Origin: a virus
Strand: one strand, 5' to 3'
Length of the DNA stretch: 39,863 nt
IMG/VR virus record: IMGVR_UViG_3300045988_016972
Shown: in pieces, positions 33,770 through 39,863 of the stretch
Layout of the letters: the number at the start of each line of letters is the position of its first letter
Numbering within the stretch: position 1 is the first letter of the stretch
Program-made: the position numbers and the translations under genes
The notes under the pieces: generated by a model
Told to the model about the DNA's origin: nothing
Database searches by the model: none
What the model saw: only the letters and a program-made list of their open reading frames with translations

Positions 33770-34347
33770 TCCACCGTCACACGCCCTTCATCCGGCATCA
33801 GCACCCGCAAATTTGCCAGCAAGGCTTCCCGGTCTCCACTCATCTCCAGCCGGGCATGCAGAAGCTTTACGCCAGTATTCGGCTTTTCGGATTTTGGCGC
33901 ATCGGAGATGATGTGCCCCCCCTCAGCCTGCGCATCTTCCGTATGTGCGGCCACCGCATCCGCGTTAGCCCACTCTGTAACTTTGCTCTGCCACATTTTT
34001 TCGTTCCGGCCGCCGCGCCGGAATGGCGTACCTACTAATTCCGCCTCGCGGCGTATAGTTGCATCACAAGCGCCCATTTCCTCCGCCAGCCATTTGGCCG
34101 TACCACCGAAAGATTGCATGTTGCGGAAAAACTCACGCTTCAGATCCTCCGGCATAGCCTTAAATTCATGCCACGGCATAGGCCGCGTGATATTATAGCT
34201 TTTCACTTCTCCGTTTTTCTCCTTCCTCTGCTTTTCGGTGAGGGTATCGCTGGGGAGCGAGCACCCACCGCGTTTTCTGTTGATGTGAGCAAATGCGCCC
34301 ATCGCTATGCGTTTTTTCTGCATGCAGTCGTAATCAAAATCATTCAT
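33763..34347 (-). CDS. Hypothetical protein (194 aa)
   Basis: A clean ORF overlapping both neighbours. No family was recognised. Confidence 0.5.
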   Translation of the reverse strand: MNDFDYDCMQKKRIAMGAFAHINRKRGGCSLPSDTLTEKQRKEKNGEVKSYNITRPMPWHEFKAMPEDLKREFFRNMQSFGGTAKWLAEEMGACDATIRREAELVGTPFRRGGRNEKMWQSKVTEWANADAVAAHTEDAQAEGGHIISDAPKSEKPNTGVKLLHARLEMSGDREALLANLRVLMPDEGRVTVEW

Positions 34348-34720
34348 AGTCGGCTATGTACACCTCCGTGCGGGGATTCTGCTTGTCGTACAGCACCCGA
34401 CTCCCGTCGTGGCTAACGATAATGCCGCTGTGGTCGTCCAGAAGTACACCGGCCCTTACCAACACATCGTCGATGGATTCCAGCAGATTGGTCAAATCCA
34501 CTCGCCGCCGGGTAGGCATATAAAACAGGCATTTGACCTCCACAGGCTCCTCAATGGGACGCTGCACTCTGGCCCTTTTACAGTGCCATACAGCTTCCGC
34601 CTCGTAGTCCATATACTTCTGGGACGGCATTATAAACGGCTTCCCCGTTTTGCTGCTGTGCATGATCCGCATAGAATTTTTCTTTGTGATTGGTGCCAGC
34701 GGCACCGTGATCTCAATCAT
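34340..34720 (-). CDS. rusA: RusA-family Holliday junction resolvase
   Basis: MIEITVPLAPITKKNSMRI...KYMDYEAEAVW...VKCLFYMPTRRRVDLTNLLESIDDVLVRAGVLLDD matches the RusA pattern. GAGGAGGGAG ribosome-binding site. Confidence 0.75.
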   Translation of the reverse strand: MIEITVPLAPITKKNSMRIMHSSKTGKPFIMPSQKYMDYEAEAVWHCKRARVQRPIEEPVEVKCLFYMPTRRRVDLTNLLESIDDVLVRAGVLLDDHSGIIVSHDGSRVLYDKQNPRTEVYIADYE

Positions 34721-34907
34721 CGTCTCCCTCCTCGATGGACACCGCCACATAGCCGGGCCGTCCTTTGTACCGTCTACCGCTGTTGTATACTGCCTTGTAG
34801 ATAGAGCGCCAGTTAATATGGCACATATTGGCAAGCTCAATGATGGAATCAGACACCGCCTCCGGCAGCTCGTACTTGTCCCGGCTTACTCGCATGTAGA
34901 TTGTCAT
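34713..34907 (-). CDS. Hypothetical protein (64 aa)
   Basis: An ORF that fits between its neighbours with overlapping stop and start. Confidence 0.4.
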   Translation of the reverse strand: MTIYMRVSRDKYELPEAVSDSIIELANMCHINWRSIYKAVYNSGRRYKGRPGYVAVSIEEGDDD

Positions 34908-34908
34908 A

Positions 34909-35232
34909 TTACACCGCCAATCCGTCCAGCAGTTCCTCCACGGTCATCTGTCCCGGCACCTGCATGGCCTTTGCAAGCATGCTGTATGTGTCCAGCTCGT
35001 CCAGTGCCCGCTTGCGGTACATGGCAAGGAGCATCTTCTTCTCCTCGTCCGTCTCCGCCAGTTTATACCCGCCATCAGGCAGAGCCACAATGGGCACCCC
35101 CTGCCGCCGCTGCGCCCGGATCATTCGCCGGTTCTCTCTGTCCGGCATCCCGGTCAGTGCTTCAAGGTTTTTCCGGGTGTATGTAATGCCGGGAACCATG
35201 CGTAATGTGGTCATGTCATTCCTCCTCGCCAA
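34909..35232 (-). CDS. Hypothetical protein (107 aa)
   Basis: A clean ORF in the early operon. Confidence 0.45.
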   Translation of the reverse strand: MARRNDMTTLRMVPGITYTRKNLEALTGMPDRENRRMIRAQRRQGVPIVALPDGGYKLAETDEEKKMLLAMYRKRALDELDTYSMLAKAMQVPGQMTVEELLDGLAV

Positions 35233-35729
35233 ATGGCAATCATGCTGGGAAACGGCGCCGTTCCCATCGGCTTTCCGTCCAGCTCAAATTTCAGCCTACC
35301 TCGCAGGAATCGAATTTCCGCATTACCCAAAACATAGTCGTGAAAGCTGGCTCTGTCTGTCCGCGCCGGAATCAGTAGAACAACCGTTGTCCCCGGCTTC
35401 TGTCCCTCGCGGTAGCATTTTTCCGTCCACAGTCCGGTTTCCTTGTTCCCGTAGGGCGGGTTACAAAACACCGTTTCGCCCTCCCAATTTTGCCGCAAAC
35501 CATCATCATTTTGCGTGAAATACCGCGCACACTTGTGGTTTTCGTCACTGGCGGCAGCGTCCAGCGTGAAATGAAACTCCGCGTCCAGTTCGTCAAACAA
35601 CTTTTGCGGCGTTTCCCAGAAATTCTTATCGCTGGAAAACAAAGCTTCGTTCCGCAATGTCATTCCTCCTCCGGGTTGATTTTCGTAATATCGCCGAGGT
35701 GCTTCATCTCCGTTCCCCCCATCAATCAT
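35211..35729 (-). CDS. Phage Dam-type N6-adenine DNA methyltransferase
   Basis: Contains FWETPQKLFDELDAEFHFTLDAAAS...FCNPPYG...VLLIPARTDRASFH...IRFLRGRLKF. ATG 35729 overlaps the upstream stop (ATGA) and follows a GGAGG ribosome-binding site. Confidence 0.8.
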   Translation of the reverse strand: MIDGGNGDEAPRRYYENQPGGGMTLRNEALFSSDKNFWETPQKLFDELDAEFHFTLDAAASDENHKCARYFTQNDDGLRQNWEGETVFCNPPYGNKETGLWTEKCYREGQKPGTTVVLLIPARTDRASFHDYVLGNAEIRFLRGRLKFELDGKPMGTAPFPSMIAIWRGGMT

Positions 35730-36421
35730 TTCAGCCTCCAATTCTGCTTCTTCCCGATGTTCAGCATATAATCCCTCGCCCGCTGGTTAATTCTGCTCCC
35801 GATGGCTTCATCCCAGCTCAAAATACGGTCAATGGTCAACTCCGTAGATATGATCGTGATTGCATCCGGGTCAATGTACCGGGCATTCAGCAGGTCAAAG
35901 GCGATGTTTTTGTCGGCATCCGTAACGCTGCCCTTTAGAAAGTCGTCGATATACAGCGCACGGACGGTTTTCAGCGGGTGCATGGCTTCGGCGTATGCTT
36001 CCGCATCGTTTACCTTTGCCTTGATTGCCGGAATATCTCCCCGCCATTGCACATACCGGACAGGGATTCCGCCGTCCATCAGCTTGGCACAAATCGCCGT
36101 ACACAGGTGGGTTTTCCCAGTTCCGGGAGAACCGCCGATGAAAAACCACTTGCCCTTCCAGTCGGTCAAATACTTCTCCGCCGCTTGCTTTGCGGCCTGT
36201 TGCCAATACTCCTGCGTTTGGAACGCCTCGAATGTACAGTTATCCAGCAGACCGGCCAGCCCGGAACGCTCCATGCGAATTCTGTTTTGCCGGATGATCT
36301 CGCATTTGCAAGTGCTGCTCACCAGTTCGCCGCTTTCCGTGCGCCGGACGGTGTAGCCCAGCCCGCCGCAGATGTCACAGCCATGTTCCGACATGGTATT
36401 CTTGCTTTGTTGGCTGTTCAC
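35726..36421 (-). CDS. DnaC/IstB-like AAA+ helicase loader with an N-terminal zinc finger
   Basis: Contains CDICGGLGY...CKC and the Walker A motif GGSPGTGKTHL. GTG 36421 is preceded by AAAGGAGGAAG. Confidence 0.75.
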   Translation of the reverse strand: MNSQQSKNTMSEHGCDICGGLGYTVRRTESGELVSSTCKCEIIRQNRIRMERSGLAGLLDNCTFEAFQTQEYWQQAAKQAAEKYLTDWKGKWFFIGGSPGTGKTHLCTAICAKLMDGGIPVRYVQWRGDIPAIKAKVNDAEAYAEAMHPLKTVRALYIDDFLKGSVTDADKNIAFDLLNARYIDPDAITIISTELTIDRILSWDEAIGSRINQRARDYMLNIGKKQNWRLK

Positions 36422-37052
36422 CGGCTTCCTCCTTTCTGCGCTTCTCCCATGTTCTGACGGCAGCCTTCCAGTCCTTCATGCGGTTTTTCCCAACCATCCA
36501 TCCCTTGCTGGCGTAGAAATCGACGAACTGCTGTGCGTCAACCGCAGACCCCCGTTCGGAGATATAAGCCTGAACCTCGTCCAAAGAGGGCGGAGAGAAG
36601 CGCGCCTCGCGCGCATTATTCTCGCTTCTCGATTCTCGTATATCGATTCCCGATTCTCGATTCTCGAATACGGGAACATCTGCATTCATTTGTTTGCAAA
36701 TGATTTCATCTGCTTGCGTAGGCTCTACAGGCTCAGGATATTTGCTTTCCTTTGCTCTCTGGTTCTGATACTTACCCCATGTTGGTAGGTAGAGGAAGCG
36801 CTTGCCCTGTGAAGTATAAAGGGTAACCAATCCAGCACTCGCCAATCCATGAAGGGCGTTTTCTACAGTTTTCAGAGTAAGATTTTCTTTCAAAGGAAAT
36901 AGCCTGTTTTTGATAATTGCGGCCCGTCCGTCATAGCGCCCGAAATCATCGCAAGAAACAATCAGCCGATAGAACAAGACCTCCTCGAACCACGAAAGCC
37001 CATCTATGCTGTCGCTGGTGCAGATGCTCTCGCGTATGATTCTGTTCGGCAT
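36375..37052 (-). CDS. Phage replisome organizer (DnaD-like N-terminal domain)
   Basis: MPNRIIRESICTSDSIDGLSWFEEVLFYRLIVSCDDFGRYDGRAAIIKNRLFPL is the replisome-organizer N-terminal signature. The gene contains internal iterons. Confidence 0.75.
   Translation of the reverse strand: MPNRIIRESICTSDSIDGLSWFEEVLFYRLIVSCDDFGRYDGRAAIIKNRLFPLKENLTLKTVENALHGLASAGLVTLYTSQGKRFLYLPTWGKYQNQRAKESKYPEPVEPTQADEIICKQMNADVPVFENRESGIDIRESRSENNAREARFSPPSLDEVQAYISERGSAVDAQQFVDFYASKGWMVGKNRMKDWKAAVRTWEKRRKEEAGEQPTKQEYHVGTWL
36617..36665. repeat. Iterons (about 6 copies of (C)GATTCTCG and variants) inside the replisome organizer gene; putative origin of replication
   Basis: ATTCTCG lies at 36617, 36631, 36652 and 36659, with variants at 36624 and 36645. 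A CATTTG-TTTG-CAAATG inverted repeat follows at about 36686-36701. Confidence 0.55.
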
Positions 37053-37064
37053 CGGCGCACCGCC

Positions 37065-37442
37065 TTAGAACGGCAAATCGCCGTCGTCCTCGGAAATCTC
37101 CGTGAAGGTCTGCGTAGGCTTCTGCGTAGCGTCCTTGCTGCCGCAGAAATGCACCTTGTCGGCAGTCAGCTCCACCACTGTGCGCTTGTTGCCGGTCTTG
37201 TCCTCATAGTCCCGGCTGGAGAGCTTGCCCTCCACGATGATCTCCTTGCCTTTGGCAAAGTGTGTGCAGATCAGCTCTGCCGTTCCCTGCCATGCCACAC
37301 AGGGGAGGAACAGCTTCGTTTCTCTGTCCTTTACCTTCTCGCTCCACGCCACGCGGAAGCTGCACACCGTTGTCCCGTTCTGTGTGGCTCTGCGTTCGGG
37401 GTCAGCGCAAAGCCGCCCCTGCAAAATCATTCTGTTTACCAT
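37065..37442 (-). CDS. ssb: Single-stranded DNA-binding protein
   Basis: The OB-fold N-terminus is MVNRMILQGRLCADPERRATQNGTTVCSFRVAW. The acidic tail is EDDGDLPF. Confidence 0.85.
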   Translation of the reverse strand: MVNRMILQGRLCADPERRATQNGTTVCSFRVAWSEKVKDRETKLFLPCVAWQGTAELICTHFAKGKEIIVEGKLSSRDYEDKTGNKRTVVELTADKVHFCGSKDATQKPTQTFTEISEDDGDLPF

Positions 37443-37453
37443 CTTTTTCCTCC

Positions 37454-37744
37454 TTACAAATAACTTTTTCCGAATTCTCGCCGGAAGTCATCTTCCGTCC
37501 ACCCCTGCTCCCGCATGGCCTTTAACTGACCATATCGGCGCAGCAGACGCATTTGATTTCCGTTGCGGTGTACGGATAGACTCCCATTTCTATGGCACCG
37601 GTCGCCGCAGAGATACACCACAAGGCCGTATTTCTCGCTTTTGTTTCGGTATGCCCCACCGAAGATGTGGTGCCGCTCCAGCGGGTCACTTGCGCCATTT
37701 CTGCCACAGAGAAAACACCGTCTATTGTCAGTCACCTTTATCAC
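37454..37744 (-). CDS. Zinc-binding HNH-like small protein (96 aa)
   Basis: Contains CFLCG...LERHHIF...LCGDRCHRNGSLSVH. The family was not identified with certainty. Confidence 0.35.
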   Translation of the reverse strand: MIKVTDNRRCFLCGRNGASDPLERHHIFGGAYRNKSEKYGLVVYLCGDRCHRNGSLSVHRNGNQMRLLRRYGQLKAMREQGWTEDDFRREFGKSYL

Positions 37745-38288
37745 CTCCCAGCGGCTGTGCTTCGCCCCAGCGGGATTTCAGGGAATCCAGCTCTTGCGGG
37801 GTCAGCGTCTCGATGTCTGCCTCCTTGCAATCGGCAACAATTTGGTCAATAAGGCGGCTCATCTGCTCCACATCGTAGGTGCTGGAGCCGTACCAGACGG
37901 TCACATTCACGCAACCGGGAATTTTGCTGGGCCCTTGCTCTGCCATCCAGCCCGTTCCATTGGATTCCCATTTTCGGCAGAACTCATCCGCCGCCTTTGA
38001 TACAATGCACAGAACATCACTTACGCCACCGATGATCTTGATTTCCTCCCGGTACACATCATTCCTCGGAATCCCATAGTGCGCCGCCAGCTTGTCCAGC
38101 AAAACCCACGCATAAGCATTTGCGTCAAGGCTCCTGCCCTTGCGCTTGATCTGCGCCACATACTGCTTGTCCGGCTGCAGCTCGTCGCACACGGCCATTG
38201 CCGCCCGGGGGGACTGTACCCGGAGGCACAGCCACGCCCCATCGCTGTCCTGCTGCCACCTGGCGGCGGTCACATCAGCCTGCAGCAT
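37728..38288 (-). CDS. ninB: NinB/Orf-like recombination mediator
   Basis: QIKRKGRSLDANAYAWVLLDKLA parallels lambda NinB TIQERNRSLDQNRKLWACLGDVS. The C-terminal LKSRWGE parallels WKARWGD. The gene is adjacent to erf. Confidence 0.55.
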   Translation of the reverse strand: MLQADVTAARWQQDSDGAWLCLRVQSPRAAMAVCDELQPDKQYVAQIKRKGRSLDANAYAWVLLDKLAAHYGIPRNDVYREEIKIIGGVSDVLCIVSKAADEFCRKWESNGTGWMAEQGPSKIPGCVNVTVWYGSSTYDVEQMSRLIDQIVADCKEADIETLTPQELDSLKSRWGEAQPLGGDKGD

Positions 38289-38865
38289 TGTCCTGCTCCT
38301 TCTTTGCTGCCTTCATGCAGTCAGCGCACATCTGCGCTCCGTAGCGGCCCTTGGAATACTTAACCATATCCTTTACCGTCCACATTTCGCCGTTGCGCTT
38401 CCTTACAGACACGATGTCCGATCCGCACCGCTCACACACAGGCGCGGCGTTCCGTTCTTTCTCGTCCAGTTCGTCGGAGGAAATCTTGTCCGGGTCCTCC
38501 CCGGTGGGCAGTGCAAAGGTCCGCAACCACATATACTTGAAAGCGTATGTCATGGCCTTGCCGCTGCCCTTGTCCTGCGTGTCCGCGCCATCGCCGCAGG
38601 ACGCGATTTCGATGTATTCTTCCGGGTTCTCCACATTCACCATGCGGTACAAAACATCCACATGGGTGATGTTTCCGGTTCTCGTTGCCGTCTGTGCTAT
38701 GGGATATACGACCAGTTTGTGCTTCAGCAGCTCCGCCCGCATGATGGATGTGACTTTCTCCTCACTCAGGGCTTTATACTTGGTGCTGCCGAACTCTACA
38801 TGATCGTCCTTTGCAAGATACTGGACATCCTGCATAATCGCAGCGATTTTCTCGTAGATATTCAA
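38275..38865 (-). CDS. erf: ERF-family single-strand annealing protein with a C-terminal zinc ribbon
   Basis: Contains MNIYEKIAAIMQDVQYLAKD...KYKALSEEKV and GDGADTQDKGSGKAMTYAFKYMWLRTFALPTGEDPD. The C-terminus carries CERCG...CADC. Confidence 0.7.
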   Translation of the reverse strand: MNIYEKIAAIMQDVQYLAKDDHVEFGSTKYKALSEEKVTSIMRAELLKHKLVVYPIAQTATRTGNITHVDVLYRMVNVENPEEYIEIASCGDGADTQDKGSGKAMTYAFKYMWLRTFALPTGEDPDKISSDELDEKERNAAPVCERCGSDIVSVRKRNGEMWTVKDMVKYSKGRYGAQMCADCMKAAKKEQDNAAG

Positions 38866-39065
38866 AATTCTTCCTCCTCTTCAATGATTTCCAGCGGGCA
38901 GTGCGCACCAATGATTCTTGTGTCCATCAGATACTCGCCCGTTCTCCTGCACTGGTTGCGGGAATATGTTTCCAGCAGAGGGCAGAGGTTACACGCCATA
39001 TGCCCCTCCGGAAAGTAAATCTCCACGGATGTCTTGATGTACCGAGATACGCCGCCCTCGCTCAT
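38862..39065 (-). CDS. Hypothetical Cys-containing protein (67 aa)
   Basis: An ORF with overlapping start and stop on both neighbours. Confidence 0.4.
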   Translation of the reverse strand: MSEGGVSRYIKTSVEIYFPEGHMACNLCPLLETYSRNQCRRTGEYLMDTRIIGAHCPLEIIEEEEEF

Positions 39066-39256
39066 TCCCGCGCCTCCTCGATATACTCCTCATTGTTGCT
39101 GACGCACTCACCACAGAGCCAAACCCCCTTGTAATGCAATGCACAATCCTCTTGGATAGGCTCCCCGCAGCAGTCGCACACGGGGCGCCGGTCGGTCTGC
39201 CTGTCCTGCTCTGCGGCGTAGCACTCCGCGTCCCATACCGGGTCAGTTGTCCACAT
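39062..39256 (-). CDS. Hypothetical zinc-ribbon-like protein (64 aa)
   Basis: AAAGGAGGA lies 8 nt before ATG 39256. Contains CDCCG...CGEC. Confidence 0.45.
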   Translation of the reverse strand: MWTTDPVWDAECYAAEQDRQTDRRPVCDCCGEPIQEDCALHYKGVWLCGECVSNNEEYIEEARE

Positions 39257-39539
39257 CGGATGCATCCTCCTTTTCCGGCTCCAGCTTCCACACATCCCGG
39301 GTGACCTTGGACACCTGGGGAATATCACCCCAATACAGGGCGTTCAAGAAATCGTCCTCACCGGTTCCGCACAGAACAAAGTGCGGCGATGTGATGACCT
39401 TGTACCCGGAATATACGGTTGCCTTGTTGCTGCCGCTAACCAGGTCGCCTACCTCGGCCACATCGCACTCCGACCGCATAATTACCCGGACGCCGCACCT
39501 ATCAGCCACGATGGCGTAGTAATGTCTTTGCATCTTCAT
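39243..39539 (-). CDS. Hypothetical protein (98 aa)
   Basis: ATG 39539 overlaps the upstream stop (ATGA) after GGAGGTGGAGGA. Confidence 0.45.
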   Translation of the reverse strand: MKMQRHYYAIVADRCGVRVIMRSECDVAEVGDLVSGSNKATVYSGYKVITSPHFVLCGTGEDDFLNALYWGDIPQVSKVTRDVWKLEPEKEDASDVDN

Positions 39540-39863
39540 TCCTCCACCTCCAAAATCTCGCCGTTTTGCAGCGTGTACCATGTATTTTCCTTGACGGCTT
39601 CTCCGTCCACCCTTACGATTTTGGCATCAATGATGTTTCCGTCATCGTCACGCTCCGATACCACAAGCCAGTTTCCCACAGAGCCTCTTGCAAGGCTATC
39701 TTGGCCCCATGCAACGGCGACGCACTGATTGCCAATCGCGGATGCTTTGCCATACAGGCCGGTCACAGCAGCCGTGCCACTCTCACCCGATGCGGCGGCG
39801 TTGCCACTCACACCCGATGCGGCGGCGTTGCCACTCTCACCCGATGCGGCGGCGTTGCCACTC
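39536..39863 (-). CDS. C-terminal part of the repeat-containing protein that starts at nt 501
   Basis: SGNAAASGE repeats are followed by GTAAVTGLYGKASAIGNQCVAVAWGQDSLARGSVGNWLVVSERDDDGNIIDAKIVRVDGEAVKENTWYTLQNGEILEVEE. The frame is in phase with 1..501 through the 55-nt overlap. Confidence 0.75.
   Translation of the reverse strand, partial: SGNAAASGESGNAAASGVSGNAAASGESGTAAVTGLYGKASAIGNQCVAVAWGQDSLARGSVGNWLVVSERDDDGNIIDAKIVRVDGEAVKENTWYTLQNGEILEVEE

Overview
The window looks like a complete temperate siphovirus-type phage genome of about 39.8 kb. Its first 55 nt are identical to its last 55 nt, and one gene reads in frame across that junction, so the contig is probably circularly closed. AGGAGG-type ribosome-binding sites, the lysis cassette and spore-like accessory genes suggest a Gram-positive, probably clostridial, host; this is inference. 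Most genes are on the minus strand.

Gene order in the minus direction:
- Cro-like switch gene.
- Early and replication genes: Erf, NinB-like, SSB, replisome organizer with internal iterons, DnaC-like loader, two orphan methyltransferases and RusA.
- RinA-like activator.
- A roughly 1-kb ORF-free, hairpin-dense locus holding two tRNA-shaped elements.
- Rha, then terS.
- A 3.2-kb foreign-looking cassette: small serine recombinase, res-like repeats, two near-consensus plus-strand promoters, a very acidic protein, a 22-aa hydrophobic minigene and a 10-copy AAAGTCGC array.
- terL, portal, scaffold, capsid, connector and tail genes. These include a G/GT -1 frameshift, the tape measure and a collagen-repeat tail protein.
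- Holin and endolysin.
- A six-gene terminal accessory cassette with spore-surface-like proteins.
- attP, which carries the 3' part of a tRNA-Lys(UUU).

The plus strand carries the integrase, a membrane-anchored HTH protein and a cI-like repressor.

The most unusual signal is the structured RNA locus at 30798-31827. It sits in the context typical of ROOL/GOLLD-like RNAs, but that identity is unverified.

All family assignments come from motifs read in the supplied translations. No database search was possible.
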